Of a DNA stretch of 64,000 bases, positions 20,093 through 28,986 are shown piece by piece (position 1 is the first letter of the stretch; the number at the start of each line of letters is the position of its first letter). Below the pieces are notes generated by a model, which had not been told where the DNA came from, searched no databases, and saw only the letters and a program-made list of their open reading frames with translations. The DNA is taken from positions 22,832-86,831 of the forward strand of contig DAHVLJ010000005.1 of the NCBI GenBank assembly GCA_027320425.1. The letters run 5' to 3'. Origin of the DNA: Nitrososphaerota archaeon. Lineage in GTDB: Archaea > Thermoproteota > Nitrososphaeria > Nitrososphaerales > Gagatemarchaeaceae. A program made the position numbers and the translations under genes.

Positions 20093-21418
20093 TCAGACCT
20101 TCTTAGAAGGGATGCCGGGCTCGACCAATCCACTCATGTTCAACATCGAATCTATCTCCTTGGGCCCGAAGCCGAGCTTCTTGAGCGCCGTCCTTATCGG
20201 GGTTCCTCTGGCTATCTCCTTCCCGAGCACCGCCGCCTTGTCATAGCCAATCCTGGGGGACACGAGGGTAATCAGCGCGGGGCTTGTCTCCGCGTATCCT
20301 AGGGCCTTCTCCCTCTTGGGGACTACGTGGGCGACCACAAGGGAGGACACCTTGTTCAGAGCCTCAGACAGTAGCTTGGCCTGGAGCACGACGTTGTACC
20401 CCATCAGGGGGACCCCCATGGCAAGCTCGAACTCTCCGAGGGACGCCGCGAAAGCGTTCGCCCCGTCGAGGCCCACCACTTCGGCAACCGCCAGGAGCGC
20501 GCTCTCGACTGTCACCGGGTTGGTCTTCCCGGGCATTATGCTGCTCCCGGCGACCTCTTCCTGCGTAGGTATGTCTATCTCTCCCAGCCCTGTCAGAGGT
20601 CCCGAGAACATCAGGCGCAGGTCCTGGCAAAGCCTGTAGAGGCCGATGCTGACCGTTCGCATGGCCCCGCTCAAGGCAGACATGTCAGTGAGAAGCCGCG
20701 TCGGCCTGAACTTGTTGCTCGCACTCGTGAACCGGATCTTCGAAAGGTCGGCCACTCCCTTCGCCACCATCCCGCCGAACTTCGGGTCGGAATTCAATCC
20801 GGTCCCGACAGCCGTCCCTCCAATAGGGAGCTCAAGAAGAAAACCAAGTGTATCCTTGACAAGCTTCGAGTCTCGGGAGAACTCGTCGGCGAACGCCCCG
20901 AACTCCTGCCCCATAGTGACGGGAAGCGCGTCTCTCAGGTGCGTCCTCCCCGACTTGTACACTGTAGACGTCCTCTTTGACAGCGATGCCAGGCTCCTTC
21001 TCATCCCATCGAGCGCTGGAAGCAGGTCCCTGCTGACCGCCAGAGCGGCCGCGACCCTGACAGCGGTCGGCCCCACGTCGTTGGACGACTGGCTCATGTT
21101 GACATGGTCGTTCGGGTGCACCTTCTTCCCCAACTCGTTCGTCGCGAGCTCGGCTATGACCTCGTTCGCGTTCATGTTGAACCCGGTCCCAGACCCTGTC
21201 TGGTAGACGTCAACGACCATCAGGTCGTCATGTTTGCCCTCCATCAGCTCCCTCGCCGTCGACTGTATGGCCTTCCCAACCTCCCTGTCCAGGAGGCCCA
21301 GCTCGGAGTTAGATCTAGCCGCGGAGAGCTTTATCGCACCGACCGCCCAGATGACTTCCCTTGGGAAACGGGTGCCTGTGTTGAGAAAGACTCGCTTAGA
21401 GCCTTCCACGTACTTCAA
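20093..21418 (-). CDS. fumC: Class II fumarate hydratase / aspartase family lyase
   Basis: QTGSGT..NMNANEV, HPNDHVN.SQSSND, GRTHL.DA, GSSIMPGKTNP; start TTG 21418. Confidence 0.9.
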   Translation of the reverse strand: MKYVEGSKRVFLNTGTRFPREVIWAVGAIKLSAARSNSELGLLDREVGKAIQSTARELMEGKHDDLMVVDVYQTGSGTGFNMNANEVIAELATNELGKKVHPNDHVNMSQSSNDVGPTAVRVAAALAVSRDLLPALDGMRRSLASLSKRTSTVYKSGRTHLRDALPVTMGQEFGAFADEFSRDSKLVKDTLGFLLELPIGGTAVGTGLNSDPKFGGMVAKGVADLSKIRFTSASNKFRPTRLLTDMSALSGAMRTVSIGLYRLCQDLRLMFSGPLTGLGEIDIPTQEEVAGSSIMPGKTNPVTVESALLAVAEVVGLDGANAFAASLGEFELAMGVPLMGYNVVLQAKLLSEALNKVSSLVVAHVVPKREKALGYAETSPALITLVSPRIGYDKAAVLGKEIARGTPIRTALKKLGFGPKEIDSMLNMSGLVEPGIPSKKV

Positions 21419-21467
21419 CGTAGAATTCGCGGAAAGCCGTCTGCTCTTAAGTTCTTGTCCGAGGGCC

Positions 21468-21815
21468 TCAGTGGCCGCCGCAGCCGCACGCCTCGACGTG
21501 CACGTTGGGGTTCTCGATCTTGAACCCTGTCTTTTGCAGACTGTCGATAAAATCGATCCTTGAACCGCGTAGCATCTCAGCATCGGCCTTCGCCGCCATC
21601 ACCTTCAAGCCGCTGACGTCCTCGACCACATCGGTGTCGGCGGGTGACTTCTCCAGGCTCAGTGCATACCTGTATCCTCCGCTGCACGCGCAGCCGCCTC
21701 CCTGGTAGATCTCGATCTTCAGGAAAGAGTCAGTAGCCTTCTCCTGCTCGAGCACTTCCCCTATCTTCTGTCTGGCAAGCGGGGTGAACATGACCAGCGG
21801 TTGCATTTCTTGCAT
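21468..21815 (-). CDS. HesB/IscA family Fe-S cluster carrier
   Basis: GGGCACSG, GFKIENPN, C-terminal CGCG. Confidence 0.88.
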   Translation of the reverse strand: MQEMQPLVMFTPLARQKIGEVLEQEKATDSFLKIEIYQGGGCACSGGYRYALSLEKSPADTDVVEDVSGLKVMAAKADAEMLRGSRIDFIDSLQKTGFKIENPNVHVEACGCGGH

Positions 21816-21858
21816 TGTTTTCCATGTTAGGAACTTTCTATTTAATACTTTCTTGACT

Positions 21859-22101
21859 TCAGGACTGCCTTCTCCATCCATGCCAGGACCACACGATGAG
21901 AAGCGCCACCGCTATCGCGCCCACGATGGCCGACCCGACACCTAGCGCCCATCCCCCTGGCCCGGCCCCAAAGACGATGGGGAAAGGCCCAACAAATACC
22001 ACCCCTCCTACCGCGACGTTTCCAGCAGGCGCGGCCGCGGCGAAGAGCAGCGCGAACCCCAAGAGCATCGCCAGCATGCCCGCAGCCATAAGCCGCTTCA
22101 A
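21859..22101 (-). CDS. DUF131 family small membrane protein
   Basis: GGVVFVGPFPIVFG. Confidence 0.8.
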   Translation of the reverse strand: MKRLMAAGMLAMLLGFALLFAAAAPAGNVAVGGVVFVGPFPIVFGAGPGGWALGVGSAIVGAIAVALLIVWSWHGWRRQS

Positions 22102-22104
22102 GCG

Positions 22105-22335
22105 CTACGCCCACCCCATGAAAAAAACCAGCAGCATCAAAACGATCGCGAGGACTATGGCGACGCTTGCCCACCTCGTGTCTGACCCGAAAATTATGGG
22201 GATGGGCCCTATCATCACGACCCCTCCTCCTCTTACCTTGACGCCGTCATCACGGGGCCCCCTCAGCATCGAGACTGCAACCGCGCCAAAACCCACGAGG
22301 ACTAACACGAGCCCCAGCAAGCCGAGATCGGCCAA
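22105..22335 (-). CDS. DUF131 (TIGR00304-like) small membrane protein
   Basis: GGGVVMIGPIPIIFGSD. Confidence 0.85.
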   Translation of the reverse strand: MADLGLLGLVLVLVGFGAVAVSMLRGPRDDGVKVRGGGVVMIGPIPIIFGSDTRWASVAIVLAIVLMLLVFFMGWA

Positions 22336-22397
22336 CGGGGCCGTCGGGAGCGAGTTCCGCTAAATCTTTTTGCGGCGGGACGTGCGCCGTCCCGGCC

Positions 22398-22565
22398 TTG
22401 GCCGAATACCGCTGGTGTGAGAAGTGCGGCACGAGGACAGAACACCTGGCTGTAGTGGACACCAGAGACTACAATCCCAGGGGAAGGGGGCTCTACAAGT
22501 GCAAGCAGTGCGGGAGGGTGAAGTCGATGCGCCATCTGAGGCCGAGTTCTGAGATAGGGTACTGA
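22398..22565 (+). CDS. 55-aa zinc-ribbon protein (absent from ORF track)
   Basis: Manual translation MAEYRWCEKCGTRTEHLAVVDTRDYNPRGRGLYKCKQCGRVKSMRHLRPSSEIGY*; two CxxCG motifs; fills the intergenic gap. Confidence 0.75.
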   Translation: MAEYRWCEKCGTRTEHLAVVDTRDYNPRGRGLYKCKQCGRVKSMRHLRPSSEIGY

Positions 22566-22642
22566 TTTTCACAGCACCCAAGTGGATTTACACGTCTGTG
22601 CTAAGGACTGGTTATATACGCTCTCTCTTTTTGCGGATAACG

Positions 22643-24271
22643 ATGAGCGGCTCCCAAGACGAGGACAAGGGCCCGACCGTATTCGCAAGGGACAGCACCG
22701 GGCTCGTCAAGAACGTCTCGTTCCTCGACAGCATAGCGCTCAATCTGAGTAACATGTCGATCGGACCGCTCCTCACGACGATCGCGGGATCGACCACTGC
22801 GACGCTATTCATCGTTCCGACCGTCACCGGGCTCAACCTGATCGCGGCGTCGGTTATCGCGTTCATTCTGGCTATCCCTCAGGTAGTGGTTTACACGATG
22901 ATGTCCAGGAGGTTCCCGCGCACGGGCGGAGACTACGTCTGGATCTCCAGGACCTTCGGTGGCTTCTTCGGTAGCACGCTGTCGTTCTTCGGATACACCA
23001 TGGAGACCCTCGCCTTCCTCGCGCTGGTGGCTCTATTGACTGACTTCACCGTCGGCAGCGCAGGGCTCACCATGTCGTTCACGTACTGGGGGTACACAGG
23101 AGCCGGCGCCCCACCATACTTCAACTGGTTCAACCTCTTCTCTGACCCTACCACGCAGTTCCTCGTTGGCGCCATCCCGTTCGCAGCGGTGATCCTGCTC
23201 AACATCTGGAAGCCAAAGGCAGGATACAGGCTGGTCTCGATTCTGACGATAATCGGCGTTTTCACGCTCCTGCTCTCCATGGCGGAGCTCCTCATCGCAG
23301 GCCAGGCCGGGGTCAAGGCATACATCGACGGGACGGCTCCATATCTGCAGTATGGAGGGGCCAACTCCACCTACGAGTATCTGAGCTCCCACTATGTCGC
23401 CTCGGGCGGACTGTTTGACATCAACTTCGGCAACACAATCTACATCATGCCCGTCATCTTCGCCTTCGTCTATCCTTGGCTGAACGCGGCCCCCGCAGTG
23501 GCGTCAGAGATCAAAGACAAGCGGGCGCTGAAATGGAACGTCCCTATCTCAGCGATAACCGCCTTCGTTCTCCTGACAGGCTCCCTCGCGGTCCTCTACG
23601 GAGTGGCGGGGATGCCCTTCGTCAACTCAGCGTTCGCCAGTCACGCTTGGGCTAACGACGGGCTGAACTTCTTCACCCTCGCCATGGCCGTCTCAAACAA
23701 CATCTGGATCGCGGGCATCATCGGCATCGGCTCTATCCTCATGCAGTTCGGGGTCATAGCCTACGGTGTAATCGTGTTCTCGAGGTACATGCTTGCCCAG
23801 TCGCTGGACAGGTTCCTCCCGGCGAAGCTGTCATACGTCAGCGCGAGGTTTGGGTCTCCGGTCGTGGCGATGGCGGTCGACCTCGTCATCGCCGTCCTGC
23901 TCATCGGGCTCGCGTCTTACTTCTCGAGCACATTCTTCGCCCTGTTCGGCACCATCATCGCTTCGATGATCTACTTCACGATAGTCGGGCTGACGGCAGC
24001 CACCCACGGTATCAAGAAGGAGAAAGGCGCAGCTAGGAGCCTGCTGGCCGTATTCGGCATCCTCGACGCAGGGGTCTTCGCCTTCCTCGTCTACCAGTAT
24101 CTGACGAGCCCGACGTTCAGCATATTCACTGTCAACCCGGCTTGGCTGAACGAAGCGTACATCGTTACCACCCTGGTCGCAGGGGCGGTCATCTACCTGG
24201 CGTCGCGGTGGTACCACAAGAAGCGCGGCATGAACATCGACCTGAACTACAAGGAACTCCCTCCTGACTAG
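22643..24271 (+). CDS. APC family amino acid/amine permease
   Basis: FARDSTGLVK start, PRTGGDYVWISR, about 12-14 TM helices, C-terminal YKELPPD; TTATAT box at ~22612. Confidence 0.9.
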   Translation: MSGSQDEDKGPTVFARDSTGLVKNVSFLDSIALNLSNMSIGPLLTTIAGSTTATLFIVPTVTGLNLIAASVIAFILAIPQVVVYTMMSRRFPRTGGDYVWISRTFGGFFGSTLSFFGYTMETLAFLALVALLTDFTVGSAGLTMSFTYWGYTGAGAPPYFNWFNLFSDPTTQFLVGAIPFAAVILLNIWKPKAGYRLVSILTIIGVFTLLLSMAELLIAGQAGVKAYIDGTAPYLQYGGANSTYEYLSSHYVASGGLFDINFGNTIYIMPVIFAFVYPWLNAAPAVASEIKDKRALKWNVPISAITAFVLLTGSLAVLYGVAGMPFVNSAFASHAWANDGLNFFTLAMAVSNNIWIAGIIGIGSILMQFGVIAYGVIVFSRYMLAQSLDRFLPAKLSYVSARFGSPVVAMAVDLVIAVLLIGLASYFSSTFFALFGTIIASMIYFTIVGLTAATHGIKKEKGAARSLLAVFGILDAGVFAFLVYQYLTSPTFSIFTVNPAWLNEAYIVTTLVAGAVIYLASRWYHKKRGMNIDLNYKELPPD

Positions 24272-24281
24272 GTCACCTGGA

Positions 24282-25250
24282 ATGATCGAGGATCCCGTAC
24301 TCCTCAACGACTGGCACCCCATTGCGAAGTCCTCCGACGTGCCTGAGGCGACATTGCTTTCAGCGAGGCTCTTGGACGAAGACCTTGTCATATGGCGCGT
24401 CAACGGGCAAGTAAGGGCATGGCAGGACCTCTGCGTCCACAGAGGAACGCGGCTGTCGCTTGGACGACTTAGGGGGGACCTGCTCGAGTGCGCATACCAC
24501 GGATGGACCTACAATACCGCAGGAGAGTGCGTCAAGATGCCCGCCCACCCGGAGCAGAAGCCCCCAGCCAAAGCCAAGGTTCTGACGTATCGCACAAGAG
24601 AGGACTATGGTCTGATATGGGCCTGCCTGGGCGAGCCTTCCAGGGATGTGCCGCCCTTTGACGAGTGGTCTGACCCCTCATACAGGAAAGTGTGCAGCGG
24701 ACCGTTCCGATACAAGGCAAGCGGCACCAGGGCGGTGGAGAATTTCCTTGACGTCGCACATCTGCCGATCGTCCACGAAGGCATACTTGGCGAAAGGGCC
24801 CACGCAGAGATCCAGGATTACGAAGTCGAACAGACGGAAGAAGGCATAATCGCCAAAAACGTGAGGATTTGGCAACCCAACCCGGACGGGACAGGGGTCG
24901 CCAAGGAAGTCAACTACACCTACAAGGTCTTCAGACCGCTGACCATGTACCTCTCCAAAGACGCGGCAGAAGGGAGGTTCTCCATCTTCGCTTCAGTCTG
25001 TCCGGTGAGCGAGTTCGAATCGGTAGCTTGGTTCTGGACGGCGATGAACTACGGCCATGAGATCCCCGACGAAGAGCTGATCGCGGCGCAGAACCAGATA
25101 ACCCAGCAGGATATACCGGTAGTCGAGTCGCAGAGGCCGGAGCGGCTCCCGCTCGACCTGCAGGCGGAACTGCATCTCCGCTCCGACAGGATGGCCGTCG
25201 CATACAGGAAATGGATGAGACAGCTGGGTCTGTCTTTCGGGACGTCCTGA
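24282..25250 (+). CDS. Rieske non-heme iron oxygenase alpha subunit (VanA/NdmA-like demethylase family)
   Basis: CVHRG and CAYHGW Rieske boxes; ENFLDVAHLPIVH mononuclear Fe motif; QD..VVESQ.P C-terminal Asp ligand. Confidence 0.92.
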   Translation: MIEDPVLLNDWHPIAKSSDVPEATLLSARLLDEDLVIWRVNGQVRAWQDLCVHRGTRLSLGRLRGDLLECAYHGWTYNTAGECVKMPAHPEQKPPAKAKVLTYRTREDYGLIWACLGEPSRDVPPFDEWSDPSYRKVCSGPFRYKASGTRAVENFLDVAHLPIVHEGILGERAHAEIQDYEVEQTEEGIIAKNVRIWQPNPDGTGVAKEVNYTYKVFRPLTMYLSKDAAEGRFSIFASVCPVSEFESVAWFWTAMNYGHEIPDEELIAAQNQITQQDIPVVESQRPERLPLDLQAELHLRSDRMAVAYRKWMRQLGLSFGTS

Positions 25251-25254
25251 GAGG

Positions 25255-26292
25255 TCAGTCTGTCCCCATTTCGGCAGCCAGCGCGGTGAGCTTCCCGATC
25301 TGCGCCGCCTTCGTATCCTCTTCGAGGAACGACGCCTCGAACGAGTTCCTTAGCAGCCGCAGAATCTCTCTCTCACCGAGCGAGAAAGCCTCGATCACCG
25401 CGTCAAGGTTCTTCGCGATGTAACCCTTGAAGTAGGCGGGGTCGTCCGAGTTGATGCACGCTACCATCCCGAGGTCTAGTGCCTTCTTGACGGGCATCTC
25501 AGCGACCGACCTGAAGTATTCGACGCCTATGGACGCGAGCGGACAGAAGGTCACCGGGATCCTCTCTGACACCACCCTCCTTACGAGGTCAGGGTCCTCG
25601 AACATATGGTACCCGTGGTCAATCCGCGAGATCTTCAACGAGTCGAGCGCTTCCCATACGTATTCTGGCGGCGCCTCTTCCCCTGCATGTGCGACAGCCA
25701 TGAAACCCTCAGCCTTCGCGCGCGCATATACGGCCGAGAACTTACCCGGCGGGTTTCCCAGCTCTTTGGAGTCCATCCCGACCGACTTTATCCACGCTTT
25801 GTGCTTCAGCGCCTGTTCCAGCGTCTCCATCGCGGACTCAGAGCTCATGTCCCTCAGGAAGCACATGATGAGGCTGGAAGAGAACCCGAGATTTCCTCTG
25901 GCGTCTTCGAGCGCTCTGTGGATTCCCTTGACGACGGCGTCGAACGGGACCCCTCTGCTGGTGTGAGCCTGCGGGTCGAAAAATATCTCGGCGTGCACCA
26001 CACCCTCAGACTTGGCCCTCTTGACGTAAGCCATAGTCAGGTCATAGAAGTCCCGCTCTTCGATCAACGTCTTCATCGCGCCGTAATAGATGTCTAGGAA
26101 GCTCTGAAGATCTGTGAAATTGTAAGCAGCTCTCGCTTCCTCCGGCGTCGCGTACGGGGTCTTCACTCCGTTGCGCCGAGAAAAACTCAGCATCATCTCG
26201 GGCTCGAGCGTGCCCTCGACGTGAAGGTGGAGCTCAGACTTGGGGAGCGAGCGGGCCATCCGTTTTAGACGGCCGGGGTCGCCCTTCGTCAT
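25255..26292 (-). CDS. add: Adenine/adenosine deaminase family protein
   Basis: PKSELHLHVEGTLEPE, HAEIFFDPQ.H, HAGEE, RIDHG, NSDDPAYF. Confidence 0.92.
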   Translation of the reverse strand: MTKGDPGRLKRMARSLPKSELHLHVEGTLEPEMMLSFSRRNGVKTPYATPEEARAAYNFTDLQSFLDIYYGAMKTLIEERDFYDLTMAYVKRAKSEGVVHAEIFFDPQAHTSRGVPFDAVVKGIHRALEDARGNLGFSSSLIMCFLRDMSSESAMETLEQALKHKAWIKSVGMDSKELGNPPGKFSAVYARAKAEGFMAVAHAGEEAPPEYVWEALDSLKISRIDHGYHMFEDPDLVRRVVSERIPVTFCPLASIGVEYFRSVAEMPVKKALDLGMVACINSDDPAYFKGYIAKNLDAVIEAFSLGEREILRLLRNSFEASFLEEDTKAAQIGKLTALAAEMGTD

Positions 26293-26438
26293 TGGTTCAC
26301 AAGTCTGATTTTGGCACTTAAGGGTTCGAGCGAAAGTTGCAGGCTTGCGGCAATTCAGAGCGGAAACGCACGCGTCCTCTGGAGACCCATCTGGCGGATG
26401 AGGCCGCCCCGAAAAGGGTACCCGCGGAGAAAGCTTAG

Positions 26439-26536
26439 TGGAGCCGGCGGAGGGCCTCCCGCTTGCTGACGCAAGAATCGATCCCTCGACCTTTCGCTTA
26501 CGAGGCGAACGCTCTACCAGGCTGAGCTACGCCGGC
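26439..26536 (-). tRNA. tRNA-Thr(CGT) with 21-nt non-canonical T-loop intron (26456-26476) and encoded CCA
   Basis: GCCGGCG acceptor, anticodon stem TTCGC/GCGAA, T-stem GAGGG/CCCTC interrupted by a hairpin-containing insert. Confidence 0.92.
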
Positions 26537-26623
26537 ACGAATCTGACCCGCAGCGTCGACTCGTTAAAGCCTTGTTGGCTTGACAACGCTTTTAGAATTC
26601 CCGAAGACGGCCTGCGTCCGAGT

Positions 26624-26708
26624 GCGGGGGTCGCCCAGCATGGTCAACGGCGTGGGACTGAGGCTCCCATCCCTTAGGGGTTCGAGGGTTCAAATCCCTC
26701 CCCCCGCA
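26624..26708 (+). tRNA. tRNA-Leu(GAG)
   Basis: GCGGGGG acceptor, TGGGA-CTGAGGC-TCCCA anticodon arm, long variable arm, TTCAAAT T-loop. Confidence 0.95.
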
Positions 26709-26769
26709 TCCGTCTCTCACGTCAGACCTTCTGCCAACGTTTAATGCGGGCCAGGGACTCGTGGGAGGC

Positions 26770-27642
26770 ATGCGCTCGAAAGAAGGCTTCGCTTCTGTCC
26801 TGGGGCACGACCTGTTCTACAGGCAGTTTGGTGAACCCACCATTGGAGAGGTGCTGGGGCTCCATGGAGGACCAGGGGCGACTCACGACTACCTCGTGCC
26901 CCTCGCCGATCTCGCCGCGCACGGCTACCGGGTGACCCTATACGACCAGCTCGGCTGTGGGCGGTCCCAGCTCCCCAAGGACCCCTCCCTTTTCGTCCCT
27001 GAGCACTACGTGGAGGAGTTGGAGGCGTTCCGAAAAGAGATGAAGCTCGGAAGGCCGCACCTGATCGGCTCAAGCTGGGGAGGGATGCTGGCGATCGCCT
27101 ACGCGCTGAAGTATCAGAAGAACCTGAAGACAATGACCACGGTGGGGGGCCTGCACAGCGTGCCTCTAACCGCGAGCGAGATGCAGAGGATGAAGAAGAC
27201 CCTGCCGGCGAATGTCCGAAGGACAATGGAGATGTATGAAACCGCAGGAGAATATGACGCCCCGGAGTATCAGGAGGCGGTGATGGTCTTCTACAGGAAG
27301 TTCCTCTGCAGGCTGGACCCGTGGCCTGCTGAAGTCGCCTATTCCCTTAGCCACATCAGCAAACCGGTGTACGGGACCATGAACGGACCAAACGAGTTCA
27401 CGATAACAGGCAACATCAGGTACTGGGACGTCACCGAAAGACTAAGCGACATCCACGCGCCTACTCTCGTATTGGGCGGGAGGTATGACGAGGTCTCACC
27501 GCTCGTCGCCAAAGAAATCCACAGCCACATCAAGGGCTCGGAACTGACGATCTTTCCCAACAGCTCCCACGTGGCCTTCTGGGAGGAGCGAGCGGCTTTC
27601 ATGAAGAGGTATCTGCGCTTCCTTGCGAAGCACCCCCGCTAG
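26770..27642 (+). CDS. pip: Proline iminopeptidase (alpha/beta hydrolase, tricorn factor F1-like)
   Basis: HGGPG, YDQLGCGRS, GSSWGG, MNGPNEF, GRYDE, SSH. Confidence 0.9.
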   Translation: MRSKEGFASVLGHDLFYRQFGEPTIGEVLGLHGGPGATHDYLVPLADLAAHGYRVTLYDQLGCGRSQLPKDPSLFVPEHYVEELEAFRKEMKLGRPHLIGSSWGGMLAIAYALKYQKNLKTMTTVGGLHSVPLTASEMQRMKKTLPANVRRTMEMYETAGEYDAPEYQEAVMVFYRKFLCRLDPWPAEVAYSLSHISKPVYGTMNGPNEFTITGNIRYWDVTERLSDIHAPTLVLGGRYDEVSPLVAKEIHSHIKGSELTIFPNSSHVAFWEERAAFMKRYLRFLAKHPR

Positions 27643-27819
27643 CTTCGAAGCTCATTCAGCTAAACCCGCTCGAACGTGTCGCTCACAGCCTCGGCTCGGT
27701 TCTGCCAGTCGGATGCCCTCGAGCGTCAGCCGACTGAGACGGTCCGCCCTGACGGGATGCGGCGTGTGCGGACTTGTACATCGATGAAGGGTTTATTGAA
27801 CCCCGACCAGGAGAAGGTC

Positions 27820-28419
27820 GTGTTGGGGCATCGTCCCACGAAGCTGGTTGTGATTTCAGGCATCATGAGCTTCCTGTTCGTTGCGAGCTTCGCTGCGGCC
27901 CTGGTGCCGGTCGCACATGCGTCGACTACCGTCAACGTCACGATCAAGAACTACACTTTCACCCCTTCGACGATCACGGTGGTGATCGGAGTAAACAACA
28001 CCGTGACCTGGACAAACGAGGACACAGTCAACCACGCACCCACCGCTAACGACGGGTCATGGGGAGGGACAACTGGAGCGGAAGGAGGGACGTACACGCA
28101 CACCTTCACCGTGGCGGGCACTTTCCCATATCATTGCGCGATCCACCCGACGATGACAGGGACGGTCATCGTGCTGGGCACAGGTTCGGCGTCTTCCACG
28201 ACGACCTCTTCAAGCGCTACGACCGTGGCGACCACCACGACAGCCGCCACGACGCCCGCTACCACCACGACCACGACCTCCGTTCCAGCGTCGAGCACCA
28301 CATCGGGAGGCGTCCCAGAGTTCCCATATGGGAGCCTCTCTGTGGCTCTAGTCGCCGTGATGATAGCCGCGTCTTACGTCTACGTGAGACGCCGCCAAAT
28401 GTCCATCCGGCCCCCCTGA
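27820..28419 (+). CDS. Secreted type-1 copper (cupredoxin) protein with Ser/Thr linker and PEF-type C-terminal sorting signal
   Basis: Signal peptide ending VAHA; WTN.D..NH and YHCAIHPTM ligands; VPEFP-TM-RRR tail; start uncertain (TTTATT box at ~27792). Confidence 0.87.
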   Translation: MLGHRPTKLVVISGIMSFLFVASFAAALVPVAHASTTVNVTIKNYTFTPSTITVVIGVNNTVTWTNEDTVNHAPTANDGSWGGTTGAEGGTYTHTFTVAGTFPYHCAIHPTMTGTVIVLGTGSASSTTTSSSATTVATTTTAATTPATTTTTTSVPASSTTSGGVPEFPYGSLSVALVAVMIAASYVYVRRRQMSIRPP

Positions 28420-28424
28420 TAGTC

Positions 28425-28943
28425 TCAGAAACCGTTTATCGACCAAGTCGCTCGGTCTTCCGCGGCGAACTCCCTCACCGCATCTTCCTGCGCCCGCTCC
28501 ACGAACTCGGGCTTGATCGACCTCAACTCCCTCATCGCCTCATCGGCGCTCAGCCCGCGAACGCGTATCAGGTAGGCGGAAAGCACGCAGCCCGTCCTCC
28601 CCTCCCCTGCAAGGCAGTGCACCAGGACAGATTTCCCAGACGACCTCTGGGTGTCTATGAACTTCACACCCTCTGAAATGGAGGCGACGCTCGGCGGCTC
28701 GTGATCTTTCATCGACACGTGCGCCAGGGCCAGGCCGAGCCCACCGGTCCACTCTGATGGGAGAGGCTTCTCGGTAAGGGTCAGGATGCTCTGCACCCCG
28801 TTCTTTGCCAGCCATGCGACCTGGGACCTGGAGGCAGGGTAGCCTGAGCCAGCAAGAGACTTGCCTTCTACCCACACGAAGCCAGTCGGCCTGTCTTCTA
28901 CCCTCGCCCTGAGCTTTCTAAGAAAGACTCCGCCGGTCCCCAA
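28425..28943 (-). CDS. Dual-specificity protein phosphatase
   Basis: VHCLAGEGRTG (HCx5R) and DHEPP loop. Confidence 0.92.
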   Translation of the reverse strand: MGTGGVFLRKLRARVEDRPTGFVWVEGKSLAGSGYPASRSQVAWLAKNGVQSILTLTEKPLPSEWTGGLGLALAHVSMKDHEPPSVASISEGVKFIDTQRSSGKSVLVHCLAGEGRTGCVLSAYLIRVRGLSADEAMRELRSIKPEFVERAQEDAVREFAAEDRATWSINGF

Positions 28944-28986
28944 GCTGAATCAGCTGTTATCCGCGCTTGGCTTAGAACGTTTAGGA

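Noticed and set aside
21419..21583. N-terminal extension of fumC overlapping the iscA-like gene
   Set aside because: Low-complexity off-frame read of the neighbouring gene; TTG at 21418 is the more plausible start
22360..22581. Minus-strand Cys/Arg-rich 73-aa ORF
   Set aside because: The plus-strand frame at 22398-22565 gives a coherent double CxxCG protein and is preferred
26438..26677. 79-aa ORF
   Set aside because: Overlaps two tRNA genes
28190..28305. ACC/ACG-rich repeats (also 13930-13985 and 14720-14765)
   Set aside because: Explained by Thr/Ser linkers of surface proteins, not DNA repeat elements
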